Below, one piece after another: positions 29,648 through 39,459 of a stretch of 59,726 nucleotides of DNA. The translations under genes were made by a program, and so were the position numbers. Within the stretch, counting starts at the first letter, position 1; each line of letters starts with the position of its first letter. Source of the DNA: Oligoflexales bacterium (GTDB taxonomy: Bacteria; Bdellovibrionota_B; Oligoflexia; Oligoflexales; Bog-1112); NCBI GenBank assembly GCA_045106415.1, contig JBGCEP010000037.1, forward strand, positions 1 through 59,726, given 5' to 3'. The notes under the pieces are model-generated. The model saw only the letters and a program-made list of their open reading frames with translations, did no database searches and was not told where the DNA came from.

Positions 29648-31878
29648 AAATCATCATCAAAGCAATTCTTACACTACTTTTTCTTTTTTCATCTTGGGCA
29701 CTACTGGTTTATCCTAACGATCTCAGAATCTCATTTCGGACATTTCCTACTGAAAAAAGCGGTGTTTTTTACAAAAAAAATGGTCGCCTTTTTAATAAAA
29801 AAAATTCACTAAAAATAACAAGAAGAGAACAACCACAAAATTTATCAATAGATGTGGCACCCGCTCAAAACTCAATAAGATATCAATCAAAACATCAAAC
29901 ACTTCTCACAACAGGTTTATACCCAGAAAAATTAGAAAGCCACGACAGCTTTATACTGCTGCCAAATGAAAGCGCGACATGGATAACACCACCTCTCACC
30001 GACACACACAAATTTTATGTCTCATCGCCAGAAAACATAAAAATAACAATTTCCAACAACAACAAAACCACAATTCTTCCCATAGAAAAAACGCCACCAA
30101 GTCCAAATCCATGGCTCCATAAAAACCTCTGGAGGTACCTATACCCAGACTACGACTACACAAACTGGCAACTTATAGAACAAAACACAGCCCCCGGGAA
30201 GACCACGATCACGTGTCACTCAACAACAGAACCTTGCTTTATCTCCGAACCAGAATTCTTTACAAAAACAAACACTCCTCCACAAAATCACATTGTGTTA
30301 CTCATTGATACCCTCCGTTATGACGCCGTAACACAAACAAAAACCCCTTATACACATAACTTCTTTAAACACAGCGCAAAATACTCTCACTGCCTGGCAA
30401 GCAGTAACATGACAAGCCCATCTGTCAACGCACTCCTTTCTTGCCAGCATCCCGAAGACATAAAAGACATCGCATTCGCCTACGGATCCCCCTCTTCTGC
30501 GCACAACTCTTTCTACAGTAGAAAAGAACCTTCTTTTCCTCACATCCTGCAAAATCACAATATTTCCACCAGCATGATAGGAAATATTTCCATCATTTCA
30601 GACTCCATTGGAATTGGCGTAAACCACGGATTCCAAGACTTAATCACAATAGAGAGAGACGGTTACGACACTGCAAAAATTATAAAAGAAAGCATAAAAT
30701 GGATAGAACAACACAAAAAAGAAAGCTTCTTTTTATACATCCATCTCCATGCGCCGCACGGCCCTTATAAGGCTCCAATCAAAGACATCGTAACAACCTT
30801 CCAAGGGAACAAAGATTTATCTTCCAGTGTAAATATCTTAAAATGGCTCTACAGAGCTGAACTTCATTACTCAGATCGATACATTAAAAAACTCATCACT
30901 CACTTACGAAAAACACACCTTATCGATCACACCACACTCACGCTCACATCTGACCACGGAGACCATCACACTCCACACTCATTCACAGGAAATGAAGCAG
31001 GACCCAAAATCATAGGAGCAACCTTTGACCACGGAGGAACTCTTTTAAACGATGAAATAAGAGTTCCACTTTATATATCAACCCCTCCGCACAACACAGG
31101 GGAAACAGTATCATCTTGGACCTCAAATCTCGGAATAGGTCCTTACATCTTAAATCAATATAAAATACCGACACCTCACTATTGCGAGTACAAAAATCTC
31201 AACACACAAAACGAAGTTATCCGATTTTCTGGGTTCAAACAAAAAGGATTTTTATTTCAAGGACAATACAAATACATCAGAACGCTTGAGGCAGACAAAC
31301 GGAACTTCGCTCGCCCAAATAGTCACATGTTTAAAAAAGAAAACATCAATATCCCTGAAGTTATCTTCGATATCACAAAAGACAAAACAGAAAACACACC
31401 TTTACACCACGGGAAAACAACATCTAAATTAAGAAATATATATTCACAAGCATTCGAAAATAAAAACCTCTATACCCTTCATATCCGAAGCACACATGAA
31501 TCATCTCTCACCATTCACAGCACCACAGCACCAACAAACATTTCTTCTCACGCAACCACAATACACCAAAACCCAATACACAAAACATTCTGTTCAAAAT
31601 GCACATCTATGGACGTTTCTTTTTCTGAAAAACCCCAAATATCATCCTTTCATAATGAGAAAAAAATCAAAACCTACAACACATCCCTTCATCTTCCACT
31701 CAAAGATAATCTTTTTTTAGAAATAAACCCTGCATCCCCAAAAATGAAAGGACCTTCAATCGCATGGCTCGTCTACCACGAGAAACAAACCACAAAATCA
31801 ATACAAATCACAGCTATGAACTTAAAAATTGAACGGATGTTAAAACAATGGGGATACCTCAGCGAATCATCACCATAA
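29644..31878 (+). CDS. Second sulfatase-like hydrolase/transferase
   Basis: Signal/anchor; LIDTLRYD, NMTSPS (Thr), HAPHGPY, TSDHGD, DHG, C-terminal LKQWGYL; ATGA overlap with upstream gene. Confidence 0.85.
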   Translation: MKIIIKAILTLLFLFSSWALLVYPNDLRISFRTFPTEKSGVFYKKNGRLFNKKNSLKITRREQPQNLSIDVAPAQNSIRYQSKHQTLLTTGLYPEKLESHDSFILLPNESATWITPPLTDTHKFYVSSPENIKITISNNNKTTILPIEKTPPSPNPWLHKNLWRYLYPDYDYTNWQLIEQNTAPGKTTITCHSTTEPCFISEPEFFTKTNTPPQNHIVLLIDTLRYDAVTQTKTPYTHNFFKHSAKYSHCLASSNMTSPSVNALLSCQHPEDIKDIAFAYGSPSSAHNSFYSRKEPSFPHILQNHNISTSMIGNISIISDSIGIGVNHGFQDLITIERDGYDTAKIIKESIKWIEQHKKESFFLYIHLHAPHGPYKAPIKDIVTTFQGNKDLSSSVNILKWLYRAELHYSDRYIKKLITHLRKTHLIDHTTLTLTSDHGDHHTPHSFTGNEAGPKIIGATFDHGGTLLNDEIRVPLYISTPPHNTGETVSSWTSNLGIGPYILNQYKIPTPHYCEYKNLNTQNEVIRFSGFKQKGFLFQGQYKYIRTLEADKRNFARPNSHMFKKENINIPEVIFDITKDKTENTPLHHGKTTSKLRNIYSQAFENKNLYTLHIRSTHESSLTIHSTTAPTNISSHATTIHQNPIHKTFCSKCTSMDVSFSEKPQISSFHNEKKIKTYNTSLHLPLKDNLFLEINPASPKMKGPSIAWLVYHEKQTTKSIQITAMNLKIERMLKQWGYLSESSP

Positions 31879-32726
31879 TTATGTCTATGGCTCTAGAGAC
31901 AACTGCCCATAGCTTCATTTGCAACAGCACACAAAACCTTTGCAATGAGCACCAGCATTGGGCCGGAGCCTCTAAAGAAAAACCACAAGAACAAGCAAAG
32001 CTTCAAAGCCACACACAATCTTGGTTTCTAGCTTCCTTCAAAGAAGCACAGCTTCACCTTTTTATCGAAACACAAACAAAATCAGAGATGAAACACCTTC
32101 TCAACAAAGAGATTTTTTTAAAAACAGAAACACACGACAAAAAAAAATCTATAATCGTTGGGGAATTCACACACCCTCTTCAAATTCTAAAACACCCAAT
32201 ATTTTCAATATACAATCATGATGTAGAAAATAAATTCCAACCCCCTAGAGGCAAAGGCCTATGGTTAACTTTTGACGACCATACCTCTTCCTTACTTGAA
32301 ATAAGCGCAACATCAAATCACACCTACGGAATACGCTACAGCTACGATACACACTACCTCAATAGCACACGATTCAGCCTTGCTCACATCTACTCAAAGA
32401 ATCAAAAACAGTACTCAATTTCAATGTTATCACCGGGATTTCAAGGTTCTTTTTTCCTAATTGAAGTCACTCGACTTGAAGAAAAACTCCTTCCTTTCAA
32501 ACAAATCATTAGAATAAGTTATAAAGAATCATACGAAAATCATCACAGAAAATTCATACAATATGACGACATTCTCCACAGTGAACGCAGGCTGATTTAT
32601 GGCGTTGATTTCGATATTTCAAAAACAAAACACGACCTACACTTCACTGTTTTTCAAGAATACAGAAACCCAAAAAACACTTCTTGGTTTTGGGCTATTC
32701 ACACAGGAATTGGAGGCATTATATGA
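31848..32726 (+). CDS. Hypothetical, possibly exported beta-rich protein
   Basis: 292-aa ORF coupled to neighbours on both sides; alternating aromatic beta-strand pattern in the C-terminal half. Confidence 0.65.
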   Translation: MGIPQRIITIIMSMALETTAHSFICNSTQNLCNEHQHWAGASKEKPQEQAKLQSHTQSWFLASFKEAQLHLFIETQTKSEMKHLLNKEIFLKTETHDKKKSIIVGEFTHPLQILKHPIFSIYNHDVENKFQPPRGKGLWLTFDDHTSSLLEISATSNHTYGIRYSYDTHYLNSTRFSLAHIYSKNQKQYSISMLSPGFQGSFFLIEVTRLEEKLLPFKQIIRISYKESYENHHRKFIQYDDILHSERRLIYGVDFDISKTKHDLHFTVFQEYRNPKNTSWFWAIHTGIGGII

Positions 32727-35311
32727 CTAGAGTCGCAATAATAATCGCCATACATATCCTCATCATCGAACTATTCTCTTTGCAGATTTTTGCACAACAG
32801 TCACAAAATGTTGAATTCATCATAAAACCACAACCGCAAAAGAATGACCTCTCCGACTTCCCTCAAATAGAACAAATTTTAAGCAGTCAGTGGCTCGACT
32901 CTGGTATTTCAAACAGCGCAGATATTGTCAATAAGTCTCTAGATTCTTTGATGCAGGCTATTTTTTACTCAACCCTTGATCACGAAACAAAGCTCTACCT
33001 CACCCCAAAGCATTTTTTTTATATCGGGTCGCAAAGAGATGTTTTCTCCTCTCAAATAGGTGCGTTTATCGTAAAAGACACCATAGCTTTAGGCCCTGGC
33101 TACTCGACCCATCTCCTACAACAAGGACCTGTCAAAGTTGGCCTGGATTCTTCCACCCTATTAGCTATGAATGAAATTTATTTCCATACAAATCAACATC
33201 GGATTATTGAAAATAACAGCGATGACTTTCTCGACTACATGACAAAAAATTGGCTAGGACTCCTACCCATAGCAGCAAAACTTCTTCCACCATCCTTCAA
33301 TCAAAATGAACTTTACAACCCCCTCAGACTTGCAAAAGTAATATCTCACCACCCTTTGTCTTTGGAGTCTTTTAAAAAAATGCCAATCAATTCCGTAAGA
33401 TCATACGCATTCCAAGGAGACCTGTCCTTCCCTATAGAGAATGATCTTCTTACAAAACACGGCTTTTTAAAGTGGTTACAAAAAAGCAGACTCCCCTTAA
33501 ACTTACCCATCGCCTTAATCTTAAAAGGCGAGTACAGAATCAGCGTTCTAAAGAAAAACACTTCTCAGTACTGGGTTGGGCTCCAAAGAACACAGACCTC
33601 TGGCTATAACATAGGAATTCAAATCGGAGACCAATTCCACTTATTAAACAACGCCCTTCCTTGGCTACCTTGGGAGTGGAGCGGAATCCCGATATCAATA
33701 CATCCTTTGCTTATTCATTACGGTGGCTATACCATCCACCAGTACAACCTACTCTATGAATTCAACCTAGCAGACCCCTTAGCGAGCGAAGCTCTTCAAA
33801 AAGCTTTATTTGGAAACTTTTCATTTGCTGAAAATCTTGCAAACCAAAAAAACTCATCCGTGCATCACATCCATACAAAATCTCAAATAAAACAAAAATC
33901 AGAGCATCAAGGGTCACATAATTTTTTTATTGCTAATCAAACAACAAAAAGCTCTAGCCAAACATCCCTCATAGCACTCAACACAAATCAAAAAAAACAA
34001 GATTTTCTTCAAACAAGCCACATCCGCACTAAACAATCTCAAAACATCTTCACGGGGCTTTCTCAAACCTTGCATCACACAACAGCAAATATCCCTATCA
34101 AAAAAAATGACAACAAGCACACTTTCACATCAAACACAACATCAACAGAAGACTCCACCATCACACAAACAGCACCGCTTACACTGAAGGCTGCCTTACA
34201 AATCCAGATACCACACGCAGACTACGAACAAACAGAAGCAACGATTACAAAAGTATTTCAGTTTCTATCTGAAGGCATCCCGCCTCTTTTCCAACTTCCT
34301 ACAAAAGAACACTTTCTTTACAAACCATCCCTAAACCCTCACAAACAAGCCTCTCAAATACACCCCCAACTTCAAGCGTTAGGGAGTCTTCATGTACAAT
34401 GCGTTGCTTTTTTCACAGAAAAAGATTTAAAAAAAGCTGCAGCTATACCACAAGACGCTGCATACGAAAAAATCTACCAAGCCCTGGATTTACCACTAAA
34501 TCCTCCTGCTTTAATAAAAATAAAGTCACACCTTCTGTCATGGATCAGCACCCCATTTAGGCTACTCAATCTTGATATCGGAACAAATAAATATCAGCTC
34601 ACAACTGACGTAATTCAAACGTTAAAAAAACTGCAGCAAGAAACTCAACCTAAAGAAAAGCAAGCAATCCTTAATGACCTCATCGATCGTTATTTACCTA
34701 TTGATTTCATTAGAGCACTGACAGCCTTAACTGGAAAAGACAGCATTGTTCGAAAAGCTCAATTTTTTTCACAGGCCTTTCCACAAACACCCACCATATA
34801 CCGGCACACATATAACAAAATGAATGGAACAGAGCTTCGGTTTGGGCCAACTGGAAAAAACCTCAGGAACTTTCACAAAATAGGGAACACGGAAATTCTT
34901 CCTTCAACAACAGAAAATCAAAACCAAGCCCCTCAATTCAAAAAAGTGACTCTTGACGTCATCGATTCAGAAATCATGAGCACAATATTCTATCAAACAC
35001 CCACCCATCAACAGGTATACATTTACGGCAAACTCTCACAAGCAGGCAAGATATCTGTCGGGAAATTACATTTAAGCGAAGGAATCACACAACAAACCCC
35101 AAAACGCCAAAATGACACTCAAGTTATCAGCATACCTATCACTGGCGAGAAAAGCTTTTTACACTCATTCCTGATGAGACACAGCCTCTCCCTCTCGAAT
35201 TCGGAGTACATACTAGAACTAGCTCTCTCAACCAATAAAAAGTCATGGAGCCCAATCAAGTCTTTTTCATTTCAATTTCAAAATGGGGTCGTCAGCAAAA
35301 GCCTACTGTAA
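32723..35311 (+). CDS. Large hypothetical exported protein (~862 aa)
   Basis: ATGA overlap at 32723-32726, GGAGG SD, hydrophobic signal MTRVAIIIAIHILIIELFSLQIFA. Confidence 0.8.
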   Translation: MTRVAIIIAIHILIIELFSLQIFAQQSQNVEFIIKPQPQKNDLSDFPQIEQILSSQWLDSGISNSADIVNKSLDSLMQAIFYSTLDHETKLYLTPKHFFYIGSQRDVFSSQIGAFIVKDTIALGPGYSTHLLQQGPVKVGLDSSTLLAMNEIYFHTNQHRIIENNSDDFLDYMTKNWLGLLPIAAKLLPPSFNQNELYNPLRLAKVISHHPLSLESFKKMPINSVRSYAFQGDLSFPIENDLLTKHGFLKWLQKSRLPLNLPIALILKGEYRISVLKKNTSQYWVGLQRTQTSGYNIGIQIGDQFHLLNNALPWLPWEWSGIPISIHPLLIHYGGYTIHQYNLLYEFNLADPLASEALQKALFGNFSFAENLANQKNSSVHHIHTKSQIKQKSEHQGSHNFFIANQTTKSSSQTSLIALNTNQKKQDFLQTSHIRTKQSQNIFTGLSQTLHHTTANIPIKKNDNKHTFTSNTTSTEDSTITQTAPLTLKAALQIQIPHADYEQTEATITKVFQFLSEGIPPLFQLPTKEHFLYKPSLNPHKQASQIHPQLQALGSLHVQCVAFFTEKDLKKAAAIPQDAAYEKIYQALDLPLNPPALIKIKSHLLSWISTPFRLLNLDIGTNKYQLTTDVIQTLKKLQQETQPKEKQAILNDLIDRYLPIDFIRALTALTGKDSIVRKAQFFSQAFPQTPTIYRHTYNKMNGTELRFGPTGKNLRNFHKIGNTEILPSTTENQNQAPQFKKVTLDVIDSEIMSTIFYQTPTHQQVYIYGKLSQAGKISVGKLHLSEGITQQTPKRQNDTQVISIPITGEKSFLHSFLMRHSLSLSNSEYILELALSTNKKSWSPIKSFSFQFQNGVVSKSLL

Positions 35312-36178
35312 CAACGGAATATAAAACTTAGATATAGAAGGTGAGAGAAAAGAAAGGTCGACAGCATCCATAAAGTAAAAAGGGGTTTGAAAACTACCGA
35401 CAATCACAAGCGCTGCACGCCGAGGTTTCACTGACAAAACCTCATTCAACAAGCGTAAAAATAAATATCTCTGCACAAGCGACTGTTTCAACAAAAAATC
35501 CTCTGAAACAAAAACCCATTCTACCGCATTTTGAGCCACAGCTTTTTCGTAAAAATCCTTAAACCTTAACCGAGAAACATACACACCATTCTCTCGATAA
35601 GAATCAAAAACAGATAAAGAAAAACTGTCAAAAAACCACCCTCTTCTTAAAATCAGCGCAAGCAATGAGGAACGAGGAAGGTAAGCAAGAACCCCGTCCG
35701 CAGGTAATTTAATAGATTCGCGAGTTGTCTGCCAAATCATATAAAACGCTGGAACGACCACCGAAGCAACCGCATAACGAATGACTGGAGACGCAAACCC
35801 TTGACTCAAGCCTCTTCGGACCCCTGTAGAAGCATCTGCAACCACATGAGAGACAACCCTGTCAATCCTCACAGCTGGGCGCTCAATCGCGACTGGCGGA
35901 GTGCACCCAACAGACTCTTCAACCCCCGAAAGTGCCCCAACCACAACTTCACGAGCAACATCATGAGTCAAAGCTCTCAGACTAAGCAAAGGTCTCTGAT
36001 AAAAAAAACGATAAAGGTAAGGGAAAGGATCAAACCTTTGCAAGGTATCAAAGCACCAAGAGCTAGCCTGACTGGAAACAGAAGCCCACACAGAATGTCT
36101 TGGTTGATCTTCAGAAGGTAAAGCAAAAGATTTTAAAGAGACAAAAAAAACAAGAAATGTAAGGAAAAAAAATTTCAT
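35303..36178 (-). CDS. Hypothetical protein with signal peptide, TM segment and possible degenerate AAA-like domain
   Basis: [19 protein letters not shown] signal; C-terminal half aligns by eye with AAA motif order but has no intact Walker A/B. Confidence 0.6.
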   Translation of the reverse strand: [291 protein letters not shown]

Positions 36179-36213
36179 ATATTAACTTCTCATCACCAAA
36201 TGCTGAGAGCAAA

Positions 36214-36300
36214 TGGTGCGGTCGAGAGGACTTGAACCTCCACGGGGTTGCCCCCAACAGCCCCTCAAGCTGCCGCGTCTACCAATTCCGCCACGACCGC
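36214..36300 (-). tRNA. tRNA-Leu(GAG)
   Basis: GCGGTCGTGGCGGAATTGGTAGACGC...TTGAGGG...GGTTCAAGTCC...CGACCGCACCA; long variable arm, 87 nt. Confidence 0.97.
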
Positions 36301-36312
36301 GTTGTTCACAAC

Positions 36313-36615
36313 TTATTCAGCAGGAACAGTCTCGCTAGACTTTTCTTTTTCAAGCTTAATTTTTTCATAAAGCCCAACTTTACCGCCTTGACCTTGCATA
36401 ACTGATAAAGAAATACACGTCACAACAAAGCAAAGACCAGCCAAAAAAGTCAGCTTACCCAACAAAGAAGTAGCACCTGAAGCTCCAAAAACACCTTGAG
36501 AGTTTCCTCCCCCAAAAGCAGCGCCTACACCACCTTGGTTACCTCCCTGTATCAAAACGACAAGGATAATAAAAGTACAAGCCAGAACATGTACGATACT
36601 AACTAGAGTCTCCAC
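36313..36615 (-). CDS. secG: Preprotein translocase subunit SecG
   Basis: VVLIQ...GAAFGGG...FGASGATSLLGKLT; GTG start at 36615 after GGGAGG; upstream of tRNA-Leu(GAG) as in many bacteria. Confidence 0.93.
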   Translation of the reverse strand: METLVSIVHVLACTFIILVVLIQGGNQGGVGAAFGGGNSQGVFGASGATSLLGKLTFLAGLCFVVTCISLSVMQGQGGKVGLYEKIKLEKEKSSETVPAE

Positions 36616-36638
36616 TGGTACCCTCCCAGGAAAAAAAA

Positions 36639-36714
36639 TGGTGGCGCCTCCCGGATTTGAACCGGGGACACGCGGATTTTCAGTCCACTGCTCTACCGAC
36701 TGAGCTAAAGCGCC
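36639..36714 (-). tRNA. tRNA-Phe(GAA)
   Basis: GGCGCTTTAGCTCAGTCGGTAGAGCAGTGGACTGAAAATCCGC...GGTTCAAATCC...GGCGCCACCA, 76 nt. Confidence 0.97.
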
Positions 36715-36850
36715 CCTTGGGTGTGTCTTTGATAGTATTTCCACCAAGTATTGTCAATATAGAATATTATCTTATTTTTCGTCAATCTAGACAGACACAT
36801 GTGTCCATGATACCTGATGGTGCAGGAAAACCCTCTAAAATGGAGTATAT

Positions 36851-37645
36851 ATGCTATATATATTAGGACCTTGTTTGGCGGAGTCTCGAGAACTTTTATT
36901 TGAAGTCGCCGAAAAAATGAAACCAATTTTTAATACTCTTGGTGAAAATTTTTATTTCAAAGCAAGCTTTGACAAGGCAAATCGGACCTCCGGGAGCGGA
37001 AAAAGAGGGCCTGGTCTTGAGACTGGACTTCAATGGCTTGCAGACATTCGCAAACACTATGGATGGAAAATCATCACAGACGTCCACGAAACCGCTCAGA
37101 TTCCAGCGATAGCTGAAGTTTGTGACGGTATTCAAATCCCAGCTTTTTTGTGCCGACAAACAGATTTGATCCTTGCAGCGGCACGCACAGGAAAGATGGT
37201 CAATATTAAAAAGGGGCAGTTCCTCCCACCAGATGCTGTTGAGCATATGGTCGCCAAAGCTCTCGCAACAAAAGGGGCTGGCCATATCTACGCCACTGAA
37301 CGAGGCACTTGCTTTGGCTATTCCGATCTCATTGTTGATCCAAGGTCATTTCCGATTATGGCAAAACACAGCAAAGTCATTTACGACATCACTCACAGCA
37401 CTCAAAAACCTTCAGTTAACGGATCGTCTGGGGCTAGCCGCCAATTTGCCCCAGCTCTAGCGCGTGCTGCGCTTGCAACAGGTTATTGCTCCGGTATATT
37501 TATGGAAATTCACCCTCGCCCAGATGAAGCTTGGAGTGACAAAGAGGCACAACTATCCTTTAAACAAGCATCTCAGCTTTTATCTCAAATCCAAGAAGTA
37601 CAAACAATTTCTCAGAAATGGAAAGAAATCGATCAAAATTTTTAA
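36851..37645 (+). CDS. kdsA: KDO-8-phosphate synthase (likely metal-dependent, GPC)
   Basis: KASFDKANRTS, QIPAFLCRQT, KKGQF, ERG, DITHS. Confidence 0.96.
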   Translation: MLYILGPCLAESRELLFEVAEKMKPIFNTLGENFYFKASFDKANRTSGSGKRGPGLETGLQWLADIRKHYGWKIITDVHETAQIPAIAEVCDGIQIPAFLCRQTDLILAAARTGKMVNIKKGQFLPPDAVEHMVAKALATKGAGHIYATERGTCFGYSDLIVDPRSFPIMAKHSKVIYDITHSTQKPSVNGSSGASRQFAPALARAALATGYCSGIFMEIHPRPDEAWSDKEAQLSFKQASQLLSQIQEVQTISQKWKEIDQNF

Positions 37646-38316
37646 CGTCGATTTTTCAGAAAATCTAAAAATTTCTTAGATAAAATTGGCAATGCACCCA
37701 GCAGAGCAAATGACATTAAAAGGCCAGGGCTCGCAACATCAGACAAACTCTGTAGTTTGCTGAGCTCTGTTCCTGCATTTACATATACAAGCGTCGCTGG
37801 CAGCATCCCCAACTGGCTGACAAAGAAAAAAGATGCGATGGAGATAGGCAAAATTCCCATCATGAGATTCACAACAAAAAAAGGGAAAATAGGTATAAGT
37901 CGAAGTGAAAAAAGATAAAACGCACCTTCTTTTTCAAACCCTTTATTTAAAGATTCAATGCGGTCATGCAATTTAGAGGCGACAGCATCTCTTAAAAGAT
38001 ACCTTGCAATCAGCATAGAGCAAGTTGCTCCAACCGTACTTCCCAAAGACACAAGAACCGTCCCAACGAACAGGCCAAAAACAGCACCGCCCGCCAAAGT
38101 CAAAATAGTCGCTCCTGGAACTGAAAATGCTGCCATAACAATATATGCAAATAAAAAAGCAGCACAACTCAACCAGAACTCTTCTTGCACCCATATTTTG
38201 AGTTGCCCTTGCCTTTCTCTTAAAGTTTCTAAATTCAGATATGTTGCTACATCAAAGTAAATGATAAGACCCAACACACTTAAAAGTAATAAAGTAAAAA
38301 ACATTTTGCTTTTCAT
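37642..38316 (-). CDS. TVP38/TMEM64 (DedA/VTT) family membrane protein
   Basis: PGATILTLAGGAVFG, GAT...ARY, LRLIPIFPF, GMLP. Confidence 0.93.
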   Translation of the reverse strand: MKSKMFFTLLLLSVLGLIIYFDVATYLNLETLRERQGQLKIWVQEEFWLSCAAFLFAYIVMAAFSVPGATILTLAGGAVFGLFVGTVLVSLGSTVGATCSMLIARYLLRDAVASKLHDRIESLNKGFEKEGAFYLFSLRLIPIFPFFVVNLMMGILPISIASFFFVSQLGMLPATLVYVNAGTELSKLQSLSDVASPGLLMSFALLGALPILSKKFLDFLKNRR

Positions 38317-38324
38317 AAAAAATC

Positions 38325-39449
38325 CTAATTAACTATTAATAAAGATGCCATCCATAAAAAATCAACACCTGCCCATCGAAGAGTGCAGTCCAGTCCTTTT
38401 TTATATTCACTTTCCTCTCTTTGCCAAAGATAGTCTGCTTTTCTATCGCAATGATTCGGCAGCCTCCGGTTAGGGAACTGCGTCATTTTTAATAATTCAG
38501 AAATAATTTGATGCCTTAAACCTGGACTCGTAGCGGAATTAGCTTTTAAATAAAGCCATTTGAAGAACAAATTATTCGAATTACGCACAACTAAATTCTG
38601 GAGAGACCAAATCAACCTCTGACTATGTAGATCACGATAATAAGTAAAAACGTCATCAAAACTAGATAAAAAACTTCTCTGCTCACCATCTATATTATAC
38701 GGCATTTCCTCTTTTAAAAAAATTTCAATCCAAATCTGCAAAGCTATTAAATGAGTCCTATATCCTTCTGGGTTGCTTAAAGTTGACCACTCTACAGTTG
38801 AAAAACCATATTGAAATCTCTCCGGAATAAGTTCTGAAGAAACGCTAAAGACAATGGATATTCTGCGCATCATTTCTAGAATACCTGGTGTAACAAGACT
38901 GATATAAAAAGGACCATTCGCAATGTAGCCACCTCTTTGATCTATAGATTGCATAAGCTCGACAAATAAAGGTTTTGATTCTTCAATAGGCCCATGTAAG
39001 ATCGCTAAAATAACTCCCAACAGCATGTCTCGTGAAAGAGCTTGATTTGCACATTTAGGGTGGCGTACCCAGCGTCCAAATTTCTCATAACTATTAACAA
39101 GTCCTTCCCACGCAGACTCAGCATGGGAATGTCGCGTTCTTTTTAGAGCCACAAACCTCAAAGAAGAAAATAATAAACTGTCACATTCATTTATAATTTT
39201 TTCATGATTACGATTTACAACCATTCCTTCATCCAAATGGCTTTCTGTGAGCCAAGCCTCATAATCATTGAACTTGGTTCTTAATTTTTCTTGATCTAAA
39301 ATAAATTCATCTCCCCAGAAGTGCAAATCTGAAGAAACCTGCCATTTCTGAAGAGAATTTTGAAACAACCTTAAGTATTGGCTATTCCATGACAACTTTA
39401 TCGAAAAACAAACTACAAAAACGATGAAAAGTATGCCACCAGCTTTCAT
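38325..39449 (-). CDS. Hypothetical protein with N-terminal anchor, downstream of pilC
   Basis: ~374-aa ORF starting 10 bp after the pilC stop; hydrophobic N-terminus. Confidence 0.75.
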   Translation of the reverse strand: MKAGGILFIVFVVCFSIKLSWNSQYLRLFQNSLQKWQVSSDLHFWGDEFILDQEKLRTKFNDYEAWLTESHLDEGMVVNRNHEKIINECDSLLFSSLRFVALKRTRHSHAESAWEGLVNSYEKFGRWVRHPKCANQALSRDMLLGVILAILHGPIEESKPLFVELMQSIDQRGGYIANGPFYISLVTPGILEMMRRISIVFSVSSELIPERFQYGFSTVEWSTLSNPEGYRTHLIALQIWIEIFLKEEMPYNIDGEQRSFLSSFDDVFTYYRDLHSQRLIWSLQNLVVRNSNNLFFKWLYLKANSATSPGLRHQIISELLKMTQFPNRRLPNHCDRKADYLWQREESEYKKGLDCTLRWAGVDFLWMASLLIVN

Positions 39450-39459
39450 TCTTTCACCC

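Noticed and set aside
27644..31878. Formylglycine-dependent sulfatases
   Set aside because: Both lack the C/S-x-P-x-R motif and have Thr at the nucleophile position
36616..36747. 44-aa N-terminal extension of SecG
   Set aside because: It is a read-through of tRNA-Phe; the real start is GTG 36615
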